In this document: positions 1-8,318 of the stretch, piece after piece | How positions within the stretch are numbered: position 1 is the stretch's first letter | How the letters are laid out: each line of letters opens with the position of its first letter | Origin: an uncultured virus (IMG/VR IMGVR_UViG_3300035661_000052) | Lineage: Duplodnaviria; Heunggongvirae; Uroviricota; Caudoviricetes | Length of the DNA: 64,000 bases | Reading direction: 5' to 3' (one strand) | Virus record (IMG/VR): IMGVR_UViG_3300035661_000052 | Made by a program: the position numbers and the translations under genes | The notes under the pieces: generated by a model | Databases searched by the model: none | Told to the model about the DNA's origin: nothing | What the model saw: the letters and a program-made list of their open reading frames with translations, nothing else

Positions 1-699
1 ATTTGCCTTCTGGTAGCGTTTTAGCACATCACTTGGATAACTGGATAACATAAACTTTCCTTTGATAGCTGCCAGCAATTGCAGCAGGTTTTCATAATCC
101 TGTTCATTGTAGCCATTGTAATGGCCACAATCACTATTAAAATATGGCGGATCAATGTAAAAGAAGGTATTAACCGTATCACGGCTACCGATAATGTAAA
201 GCGCATCAGCACACTCAACCTGTACATTTTGCATGCGGATGGCATACTCCTCACCAAACTGGCTGCGCTTGTTGGTTATCTTCTTTGTAGTTGTGTTATC
301 AGTCTTGTCGTAGCCAAACGTACCGTCCAGCATGGCGCTAAAGCTCTGTGTGCTTAAAACCCAAATGGCCCATGCCCTTTTTATCTCATCAAACAAGTGA
401 GGGAATTCATATACAACCTGCGCATCCCGGTGCAGGGTTCTGCTGTGCAATGTAACTGCAACCATCTTTTGCAGCTCAACAAACCTATTTTGCAAAATGT
501 GATAGAAGTTGATCAGCTCTTTGTTGGTGTCATTGATCACTTCAATGTGTGATGGCGCTTTACTAAAGAAGATGGCCCCGCCGCCAACAAACGGCTCACA
601 ATACATTTTGTGGGCTGGAATTAAAGGAAGGATTGTAGTTACTAACTTTTGTTTACCACCATAGTAACTGATTGGTGTACGTAGCACATTTGTTTTCAT
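1..699 (-). CDS. D12-class (Dam-like) N6-adenine DNA methyltransferase, 3' end truncated by window edge
   Basis: Missing from the ORF track because it has no stop in the window. Hand translation from ATG at 699 gives MKTNVLRTPISYYGGKQKL...YCEPFVGGGAIFF...EVINDTN...FFYIDPPYF, containing the SAM-binding motif I and catalytic DPPY motif IV. Open to position 1. Confidence 0.93.
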   Translation of the reverse strand, partial: MKTNVLRTPISYYGGKQKLVTTILPLIPAHKMYCEPFVGGGAIFFSKAPSHIEVINDTNKELINFYHILQNRFVELQKMVAVTLHSRTLHRDAQVVYEFPHLFDEIKRAWAIWVLSTQSFSAMLDGTFGYDKTDNTTTKKITNKRSQFGEEYAIRMQNVQVECADALYIIGSRDTVNTFFYIDPPYFNSDCGHYNGYNEQDYENLLQLLAAIKGKFMLSSYPSDVLKRYQKAN

Positions 700-740
700 T
701 TTTAAATTTTTAAAGTGATTGCTTATTCCACTCAAAATTT

Positions 741-768
741 AAAAGAGGCAGGGGTAGAAACCCCCGCC
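741..768 (-). terminator. Intrinsic terminator-like hairpin with GTTTCTAC loop
   Basis: Minus strand GGCGGGG-GTTTCTAC-CCCTGCC followed by TCTTTT, downstream of the 815-1273 gene. Confidence 0.6.
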
Positions 769-814
769 GTTTTACCAAAACTAACTGCTTATGAGAAAAT
801 CTTTAATGCCGTTT

Positions 815-1273
815 TTATGGTGCAAATACGTTATCGTAAAAAATATAAAATCCAAGTCTGTTGGCCATAGACGCAATCACTATTTTTCGTAAAACAGCCC
901 GCCAGCTTTTCAAATCTGTCCGGTCTATAATCATGGTTAAAGTGAAGCTGCTTCTGTTAACAAATCTTGTCAGGTGGTAGCCATCTGTACCCGCAACCAA
1001 CAAACTTTTTGCAAATGGATAAGCAGCACGCAAATCCCCATTATCAAAGTCTTTATACTTACGCTTCCAACTGGTGTTATAATCCCAAAATGAGTGTCCC
1101 TTTCCCAATCCGTGTACCTGTATAGCCTGGTTAATCCCGTCCGCACTGCCTGCAATAAATTGCAATAACACCACCTGTTTATCATTCTTGCTAAAGAAGT
1201 GCTTTTTTACTGAGCGCTGCTGACATAAGCAACATGCTGGAAACAGCAATAGTATAATTATCAGTTTTTTCAT
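815..1273 (-). CDS. Hypothetical exported/membrane protein
   Basis: 152-aa ORF with signal-peptide-like N-terminus MKKLIIILLLFPACCLC/QQ and aromatic motifs WKRKYK and TDGYHL. Confidence 0.7.
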   Translation of the reverse strand: MKKLIIILLLFPACCLCQQRSVKKHFFSKNDKQVVLLQFIAGSADGINQAIQVHGLGKGHSFWDYNTSWKRKYKDFDNGDLRAAYPFAKSLLVAGTDGYHLTRFVNRSSFTLTMIIDRTDLKSWRAVLRKIVIASMANRLGFYIFYDNVFAP

Positions 1274-1283
1274 AAAATACTGT

Positions 1284-3833
1284 TCAAAAAATTACTACTC
1301 GTTTCAGTCTAATCTTATCAGTTGGACTTTTCACAGGCGAATTTCCATTAGCAAATAACACCGCACAGCTATAAGGCTGTAGTGTTATAAAATCATTGTA
1401 CGTTACCTGCTTAACATCCTTATATTGTAATCCTAAAAATCCTACGGTCTTTGGCGCATTCGTGTTATTTACTTCGAAGCGCAAATAAGTATCAGGGTTG
1501 GTCGTAGTTACAGAAGAAGTTTCATAAACCTGCACGTCTTCAACATATACTGTATTATTATCCTGTGAAAATTGCAAAAGAATGGCGCCGGTTGTAATGG
1601 TAGGTCCTGTCCAGTTGAGTACCATTTCATGCTGCTGTATGGTAGTATCAACTCCGTCACGAACATCAACAGAAGTTCCACTATAATCACCATACCATTT
1701 CTGGATATAACCACGTACTGTTGTGAATTTGTTACCCCTTGTCTTAAATCGCACAACGTAAGTAGTTCCGGTGTTAATCGCTCCCACAGTACTTAGTACG
1801 GTAGTTTCACTGTTAGACGCAACGGTTGACGTAATCAGCTTTAATGCTCCACCTGTTCCAAACTGATTTGTGTTATCCCAGCTTAATGTATGCACTGTTC
1901 CGATGCTTGAAGCTGTCCATCCTATTATGTTGCTTGTAAAAACACCATTCGTACACTTATCACTGCCTGTTGTTACAACAGTGTAATAAGGTATACTGAT
2001 TGGAGAGCCTACAGAAGTTGAGTTGTAAATCGGGTGGTCATTCTTCCATTTTTGTAATGTGTAAAATGTATTCTGCGTATTGCTGCTATTAACATGGTAG
2101 AACGGAAAGTTATTGAAAGGCATGGCGTAAATATTATTATTAATTGCTCCGATGCTGTCAAGATTTCCGGAAATATTGCTATGGTACATTAGTAATTGAT
2201 TGGGGGACTTTGCAAAAAATATATTGTTTGTGATGGTGTTGTATTTCGTGTTGTTGTACCCGTCGTCAAAATTAAATTGCCCACCGTAAGCAGTGTTATC
2301 ATTCACGTTAAAATTTCCGGAATTATAAACCGTGTTTCCGCTGAACGTGTTGTTTTGTGAAGCAGATATTGATAGCCCAATGAAACAGTCATAAACCGTA
2401 TTATTGAGAATATTTACCGCCAAGCTGGATGAATCTAAGTAAATCCCTTTGGCATGAGGGTTGTTTGGGAGTGTAGTTCCGCCGGGGGCGCCAACAGAGT
2501 TGTGGACGATATTACTATCAATATACACTCCGGTTGCCGCAGCCAATCCTCTTTGCCCGCCATTGTAAATTCCGCCTCCATCATTCTTTACAATGCAGAA
2601 ATAACTAACCTCATTCTTTCTTACAATGGTGTTATTCCTATTTTGGCGCAAGGTGATACCGTTGTAACCGATATAAGATAGATTGTTGTTTTTAATCAAT
2701 ACATTGTCGGAGCCTACAGCTATACCCGTGCTGCTGTTTCCGGCTGCATAAGTAGCATTTATCGGTGAAATCATGCCAGGATTTACTCCAACTCTTGTAA
2801 GGGTATTATTTATAAAAGTACTATTTGTGCAGCCTGTATAATAAACCTCATAGATACCGCACATATTTATATCAACGCCGGTGCAATTACTAATAGTCGG
2901 GTAAGTGCTGGTAGCATATTTGAACATTGAAATTCCACCGTAAGCAAAATCACAACTGTCAATATTTGTATAGTTAGCATAAACATTGTCAACCATCTCA
3001 CCGTTACTTCCAGTGAAATTTATGTTCCGAAATGTGATTCCAGTTTTTGTAGTTGGAGAAGTAAAAACTAAATTAACAAGCTTGTCAACTGTACTTACCT
3101 GGATAGTTCCAGGATTTCCAACACTGTACATTTGAATCTTTTTTGTACCGCTTGCATCATAATAATACCATTCATTTTGAGCATCCAAAGTTGCCGCTGC
3201 GTTCTGAATAAAATAACCGTTTCCATCGGTCAGATTGTTATTTGCTGTAGAGCTATAAGTTATCGTTGTGGTACTGTGATTAGTAATTGGCGCTCTCACA
3301 GTTGACCAATCAGCAACACGTATAACCACTTCTGCTCCTGTCCAGTTAGGCGTTCCTGTAAGAGTTGGATCAGTGATTGAAGTGTATGCGCTATGACTTG
3401 TATATACAGCATAACCTGCATTTGCAGTACCTGCATTAGGCCACCGACCCATAGGAATTAATGCTCCCCCCTTCACAACGACGCTCAACGTTGATAGTCC
3501 ACCTGGAACGGTTGCTTCCCAAATATTACCACTGATATTTGTCCAGCTTGAAATTGTTGTAAGGCCAGTAATTATGGGTTTTGCACCAGACCCGTAGGCT
3601 GCAAATGTTACATTACTCGCAGTTGGCGAAAGTGTGCCGGACCAAACCTCCCCACGTTTTAAATAGATGTTGTTACCCGCTGTTCCGGACAGCGTGTTAA
3701 TGACGCTGATTGTCTGCTTCGGTGATCCGATTGTACCTGCGTTAGCATCCAGACCATTCGTTGCGTCGAAGTAATAATCTGTCGCAAAAAGATGTGAAGA
3801 AACCAGTAGTAATATGCTTAGTAATCTTTTCAT
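1284..3833 (-). CDS. Right-handed parallel beta-helix protein (pectate lyase/tailspike-like) with C-terminal carbohydrate-binding-like domain and signal peptide
   Basis: 849 aa. N-terminus MKRLLSILLLVSSHLFA/TDYYFD..G.D.NAG, Asn-ladder repeats (IKNNNLSY, IDSNIVHN, ILNNTVYD), DGGGIY and GIYLD motifs, then a CBM-like region (NGVFTSNIIGW...VYVEDV). Confidence 0.8.
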   Translation of the reverse strand: MKRLLSILLLVSSHLFATDYYFDATNGLDANAGTIGSPKQTISVINTLSGTAGNNIYLKRGEVWSGTLSPTASNVTFAAYGSGAKPIITGLTTISSWTNISGNIWEATVPGGLSTLSVVVKGGALIPMGRWPNAGTANAGYAVYTSHSAYTSITDPTLTGTPNWTGAEVVIRVADWSTVRAPITNHSTTTITYSSTANNNLTDGNGYFIQNAAATLDAQNEWYYYDASGTKKIQMYSVGNPGTIQVSTVDKLVNLVFTSPTTKTGITFRNINFTGSNGEMVDNVYANYTNIDSCDFAYGGISMFKYATSTYPTISNCTGVDINMCGIYEVYYTGCTNSTFINNTLTRVGVNPGMISPINATYAAGNSSTGIAVGSDNVLIKNNNLSYIGYNGITLRQNRNNTIVRKNEVSYFCIVKNDGGGIYNGGQRGLAAATGVYIDSNIVHNSVGAPGGTTLPNNPHAKGIYLDSSSLAVNILNNTVYDCFIGLSISASQNNTFSGNTVYNSGNFNVNDNTAYGGQFNFDDGYNNTKYNTITNNIFFAKSPNQLLMYHSNISGNLDSIGAINNNIYAMPFNNFPFYHVNSSNTQNTFYTLQKWKNDHPIYNSTSVGSPISIPYYTVVTTGSDKCTNGVFTSNIIGWTASSIGTVHTLSWDNTNQFGTGGALKLITSTVASNSETTVLSTVGAINTGTTYVVRFKTRGNKFTTVRGYIQKWYGDYSGTSVDVRDGVDTTIQQHEMVLNWTGPTITTGAILLQFSQDNNTVYVEDVQVYETSSVTTTNPDTYLRFEVNNTNAPKTVGFLGLQYKDVKQVTYNDFITLQPYSCAVLFANGNSPVKSPTDKIRLKRVVIF

Positions 3834-3836
3834 AAA

Positions 3837-4754
3837 TTAGTTGTAAGCCATTGTTAATTGAATATCCCCCGCAACCAGCACGGTATTATCTAGTGCTGCC
3901 TGCAACTTTGTAATATTGAATCCGATACCTGTTGCGAATTTTAGGCCTACATCACTAATCGGTATATCTATGCTGCTGTTGGCAGGTATAGCCCACTCAT
4001 ACAGATTCGCATCGGTTCCAGTAACCGGCGCAGTTGCCTTATTAAACAGCCTAAAAAAGCAGGCATAAGCTGCATAATTGGTAAGGTGTATTGTATAAAT
4101 ATTTCCAGTTGAAGCCTTTAATAATGTTTGGTTATTTGATGCTGTTGCTGTATAGGTGTATACCGTTGTTCCATTATTAAAACTACCGGTATTAATGGCT
4201 GCCTGAACTTGCAAGTTCGGCCCATACGAACTCGTTGCTGTCAGCGACGGTGGCACTGCTGATGTTGTAGAATAGGTGCTAATCATTTGTACCCCCGTAG
4301 TTGTACCTGTGACAGCGGTCCCAAGTCTTACCCTTACAAATCTTGAAAGTAGCTGTCCTGAAAAACTCCGTGATGCTGTGGTTAAAGTATAGGTGGTAGT
4401 GGATGCTGCGGTTATGTTGTCAGTTACAAACCACTGGTAAGTATTAGCGGAGGATGAAGTGTCGGCGCTTTGTTCAAAAAACAATGTTCCAGCAGTTACC
4501 GTACCCGTTGCTACGAGTAAATTCATTCGAATTGTATTGTATATGCCGTTCCCTGGCAGCCTCGTGTCAATCCAATACCCGCCAAGTTCTTTAAGCATGA
4601 TATTGTCGTTAGCCACTGTCCTGCTGCCTAAGCCAACACTGTCTACTGGCTGATATACTTTTTTCCAAATTGCTGCGACTTCGTCAATATTTTGTGCAGA
4701 AGCAAAAAGTACAAAAAGAAGAAGCGATGTCGTTATTGTTATAATCTTACCCAT
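3837..4754 (-). CDS. Hypothetical beta-rich protein with signal peptide (fibre/adhesin-associated)
   Basis: 305 aa. MGKIITITTSLLLFVLFASA/Q start; Thr/Ser-rich; C-terminal domain resembles phage virion accessory modules. Confidence 0.65.
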   Translation of the reverse strand: MGKIITITTSLLLFVLFASAQNIDEVAAIWKKVYQPVDSVGLGSRTVANDNIMLKELGGYWIDTRLPGNGIYNTIRMNLLVATGTVTAGTLFFEQSADTSSSANTYQWFVTDNITAASTTTYTLTTASRSFSGQLLSRFVRVRLGTAVTGTTTGVQMISTYSTTSAVPPSLTATSSYGPNLQVQAAINTGSFNNGTTVYTYTATASNNQTLLKASTGNIYTIHLTNYAAYACFFRLFNKATAPVTGTDANLYEWAIPANSSIDIPISDVGLKFATGIGFNITKLQAALDNTVLVAGDIQLTMAYN

Positions 4755-6769
4755 GTTGAATTTGTGAATTTATATGTGAAAATTGATGTTTTAGAATTAG
4801 CAAAACTTGGTGTTAAATATTCAAACAACGTCTGCCCTGTGTTTGCGGATATAGTTAGCGCTGAAACAACAGGGTTATTAAAAGCTATTGTACCCCCAAA
4901 TATGATAGTTAGCGGTTGCCCTTCCTGCGGGTTGGCCGGTAAAGTAATTGTTAATGTAGATTGTAAATTTGATGGATTGTATTTCACAGTCTGTACACTA
5001 TCTGCCACTGTGTAAGTGCTTCCACTTGTAAGCGTAACAGATGCGCCATTAGCCCTAAAGCGACTGGAATCAACCGCAATAGAAGGGTATGTTTTACCCA
5101 GCGTAACATCGGTATAAGTGCTTACCAATATGCCATTACCTGCTTTTAAGCTGTCTCTGGCTGTGCTGTCTTTTAGTTGCTGAAGATTTACTGCATCGGT
5201 TGCAGATGTTGCCGTTGGAACGGTTACATGCCCGCTAAATGTAGGGTATGCGGAGGGTGCTTTTAAAGCACTATTTCCGTCTATTTTTTGTATAGCTTGT
5301 AAAATATTATCTGTACTTGCAACAGTGCCAGATCCCGGAGTATAGCCTGTCAATAATTTTGCAATTACTGCTGCGTTACTTATTGTTGCGGCTGCTGTTA
5401 CGTTTGCTGTTCCATCAATTGTTGGGCTGGTATAAATAACTTCCCCAGTTAATGATAAGGTTCTACCATTAGTCCATTTAGCTGCGCTTCCTGTCGTATT
5501 CTGATTGAATGTGGGAAAACTTGTTAATGCTGCCGCACTGCCTGTTGGTGTAAGGTAATCAGTACCAGCAACAGCGGCAGACATCGCAGCACCGTTGCCT
5601 TTTAAAAGCCCCGTTAAATTCGTTGTAATTGTAATGGCAGGCGTTGCCCCACCACTGCTACTACCGCTAAACCCATTCGCCGTAGTAACTGATACACCTG
5701 TAAGTGTACCCGCTGGTGTGGCTATCCAGCTCCGTACACCAGCGGTAGTGGATGAAAGTATATATCCGTTTGCTGCGGGATTACCCAATGCGGTTTCTGC
5801 ATCAGTAATTCCGTAACCGGCAATGGTAGTAGGTTTGCTGGTGAGCGATGAAAAAGTATGTGTATGCGCAAGTGCAGCCGCGTCTGTAATACCGTACCCG
5901 GCCAGCGTTGTAGGTGATCCTGTAATACTGCCCCATGCAGTGGATCCACTACCTGAAATAACCTGTGCTATTTTGTGAACTCTCCCGAGTATGTCAATAC
6001 TTAGGATACTATCAGTTGTGGCGCCTACAGCCAGGGGAGCTACTACTCTTAATGCATTTGAGTCAGTTGCTTCAATCTCCACTATATGTGACCAGGTTGG
6101 GGAGCCCCCAAAGTTGAATTTACCACTTCCCAAGGTTCCTAAAGTTAGCAGATCAAATCCATTCAAAGAACCGGGCGCCCTCAATGAGAGCTGGTAAGGA
6201 CCCGCAGATAGCAGGTAACTGGGCCCACTGAAAATTGATATGTCCTTGAAGTCGTTATTTATGTGTAAGGACATTGCAGAGAAGTCATAACTACCAAGCG
6301 TTACAGCATCGACACCAATCTTTACCCCGTTATTAAATACAGATGGATAAGTGCTTCCAGATGTTGGACTTTGAAAAGCCAGGCTGTGTGTACCGAGGTA
6401 GACGTTTCTGTTCGCCGCTATGTTACCGTCTGCTGTGTATAGGGTACTAACAGTTTCGGTTGGTACAATATCCGCTACCTGTTTTCTCAGGTTAACACCT
6501 GCTATTCCCCCTACAAACTGCCAAACACGTATATCATTAGTTGTAGACCCGTATATATAGGCTATCTCCCCAATATGCCTTCGAGTAGGTGGTACTGTTG
6601 CTAAAAAATCTGCAGTATCTGCGTATGGTACATGCTTATTATCTACAATTTTATACTGCTTGCCATCAACAGACCTTTGAGCACTTACAGCAATATCTTG
6701 ATTTAATGTAAGTTGTGCTGAAGTAAAGAGAGATGTCAATGTAAATACTGCTAATAGTACTTTTTTCAT
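4739..6769 (-). CDS. Tail-fibre-like protein with N-terminal signal peptide
   Basis: 676 aa. Two phage tail-fibre repeats (WGSITGSPTTLAGYGITDA, FSSLTSKPTTIAGYGITDA), a neck motif DAVNLQQL, and a MKKVLLAVFTLTSLFTSA/Q start. Confidence 0.75.
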   Translation of the reverse strand: MKKVLLAVFTLTSLFTSAQLTLNQDIAVSAQRSVDGKQYKIVDNKHVPYADTADFLATVPPTRRHIGEIAYIYGSTTNDIRVWQFVGGIAGVNLRKQVADIVPTETVSTLYTADGNIAANRNVYLGTHSLAFQSPTSGSTYPSVFNNGVKIGVDAVTLGSYDFSAMSLHINNDFKDISIFSGPSYLLSAGPYQLSLRAPGSLNGFDLLTLGTLGSGKFNFGGSPTWSHIVEIEATDSNALRVVAPLAVGATTDSILSIDILGRVHKIAQVISGSGSTAWGSITGSPTTLAGYGITDAAALAHTHTFSSLTSKPTTIAGYGITDAETALGNPAANGYILSSTTAGVRSWIATPAGTLTGVSVTTANGFSGSSSGGATPAITITTNLTGLLKGNGAAMSAAVAGTDYLTPTGSAAALTSFPTFNQNTTGSAAKWTNGRTLSLTGEVIYTSPTIDGTANVTAAATISNAAVIAKLLTGYTPGSGTVASTDNILQAIQKIDGNSALKAPSAYPTFSGHVTVPTATSATDAVNLQQLKDSTARDSLKAGNGILVSTYTDVTLGKTYPSIAVDSSRFRANGASVTLTSGSTYTVADSVQTVKYNPSNLQSTLTITLPANPQEGQPLTIIFGGTIAFNNPVVSALTISANTGQTLFEYLTPSFANSKTSIFTYKFTNSTWVRL

Positions 6770-6779
6770 GATTATTTAT

Positions 6780-7514
6780 TTATCGGCTAAAAATTACTGC
6801 GCCTATAATAGTTGTTTGAGAACGAGTTAAATAAAGTGCATTTCCAGCCCTGGTAGTTTTATACCATACCCCCGATCCTGTCCCAAATGAACTGTCAATA
6901 GGTTGATTTTGTTGAAATGGATTTCCTACTTCGCTCCATTTAGTGAATGGAAGTTCAACAGGGGGAACTTGTAAGAATAATACCTTATCAGTTGCATTGT
7001 AAAAAGTTGTTACAGTAATATCAAGGTCATGTATCTGAGTACTTGAGTATTCTCCCAGTGCAGCCAAAACAGCATCAACAGAAGCAATGTAATTTGCATC
7101 TGTAAGTGGGGCTCCGGTTGTATCAGCAGCAGTTGATCCGAATTTGAATTCAAAAGTTACTGGTGGAGGTATTATGACAGGGGCGTCTGGTACTGCATCC
7201 TGTACTATTTGAGTAGCATTATAACAAGGTTTTATCCAAATAGAATGATCTGTACTGCAGGTATTGGTAAGAGGATCACGATGAGCATAAGCAATTTGAT
7301 CAAATATGGCATTCTTCTGCTGTGTAGTGAGCCATAATTCATGGTCCAGGGCATACATTAACAGAAGAAGGTTATTATCTAAATTTGAATTCTTATATTG
7401 TACCCCGTACAGATCCTTGACGAATTTATTGAAAGTAATATTCGTCAGATATTGTGTTCCTTTATCTATTATAGATTGAGTTAACAATTGCAGGGAGTTG
7501 AAGGAGTTAAACAA
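6780..7514 (-). CDS. Hypothetical protein, possible tail hub/fibre adaptor
   Basis: 244-aa ORF in the operon between structural and fibre genes; function inferred from position only. Confidence 0.55.
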   Translation of the reverse strand: MFNSFNSLQLLTQSIIDKGTQYLTNITFNKFVKDLYGVQYKNSNLDNNLLLLMYALDHELWLTTQQKNAIFDQIAYAHRDPLTNTCSTDHSIWIKPCYNATQIVQDAVPDAPVIIPPPVTFEFKFGSTAADTTGAPLTDANYIASVDAVLAALGEYSSTQIHDLDITVTTFYNATDKVLFLQVPPVELPFTKWSEVGNPFQQNQPIDSSFGTGSGVWYKTTRAGNALYLTRSQTTIIGAVIFSR

Positions 7515-8260
7515 TCGCAGTAAGTAGCCAGGCTGGTAACCAGCATATTAGCATCATTCAAGTAATTTTGTGAAAATTTACTCTTGAGTGCTATCTGTTG
7601 TTTGTACCTTTTCCAGATGTCCTTGAAATTAGCATCCTGACATCCAGTATCAGCCCAGATAGCAATATCCTCTGTAAGACACCGAGCGCCAGCTTTATCA
7701 ACTAATATCATCAAGTCTCCAACATAAATCACTTCAAAAGCAACAGTAACTCCAGTTACCGGCAAAGACTCTGTTACCCATCCACCAGCAGCATCCAGTG
7801 TCTTTGTTCTGTCTATATAATAAATCTTACTGGTATTATCCGGTAGTACAAATCCTATTGCATCTGCAAATACAGTGGAAGCATTAGTCAGTGTAAATTG
7901 CTTAGCAGATCCTGTGAAAGTGATACTTCCCGTACCAGTATAGAGTATATTGTATTTTAAACCATACACTTTATCAGGGAAGATTGTACCAGCACTTAAA
8001 CCTGGAAAACTACTGGCAAGAAGTGTTTCGCCTGCTGAGAATAAATTAATAATCCCGGAAAGTCTGTAGGGGACAATAATGTCAGGAGAGGAGAATGCAT
8101 ACAATCCTATAATTACTCCAGTAATTCCCGCTTGTGGGGGATTAGGGGCTTCAAATCCACCTGGATTAGAAACAGAGTAGTTACCTGTAATTTCTTTTAC
8201 AGTAATTGAGCTGGCATCATCTGCCACTGAAATAAGTTGGAGAGTAGGTTGTAAGGCCAT
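7481..8260 (-). CDS. Hypothetical virion protein, possible tail hub
   Basis: ORF track gives 7481-8278; ATG at 8260 (MALQPT) is the likelier start. Cys-rich C-terminus YCDC..PCNC. Confidence 0.6.
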   Translation of the reverse strand: MALQPTLQLISVADDASSITVKEITGNYSVSNPGGFEAPNPPQAGITGVIIGLYAFSSPDIIVPYRLSGIINLFSAGETLLASSFPGLSAGTIFPDKVYGLKYNILYTGTGSITFTGSAKQFTLTNASTVFADAIGFVLPDNTSKIYYIDRTKTLDAAGGWVTESLPVTGVTVAFEVIYVGDLMILVDKAGARCLTEDIAIWADTGCQDANFKDIWKRYKQQIALKSKFSQNYLNDANMLVTSLATYCDCLTPSTPCNC

Positions 8261-8318
8261 TGTATGAAAGTAGACCACATGAGTCTACTTTCATTTACAG
8301 CTATAGGTAGCATTGCTA

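Noticed and set aside
21..357. ORF-track entries 21-257 (-) and 79-357 (+)
   Set aside because: Both are shadows of the methyltransferase frame (699 to 1), which carries clear catalytic motifs.
815..6769. Diversity-generating retroelement or invertible fibre cassette
   Set aside because: No reverse transcriptase, template/variable repeat pair, recombinase or flanking inverted repeats were seen in the window.
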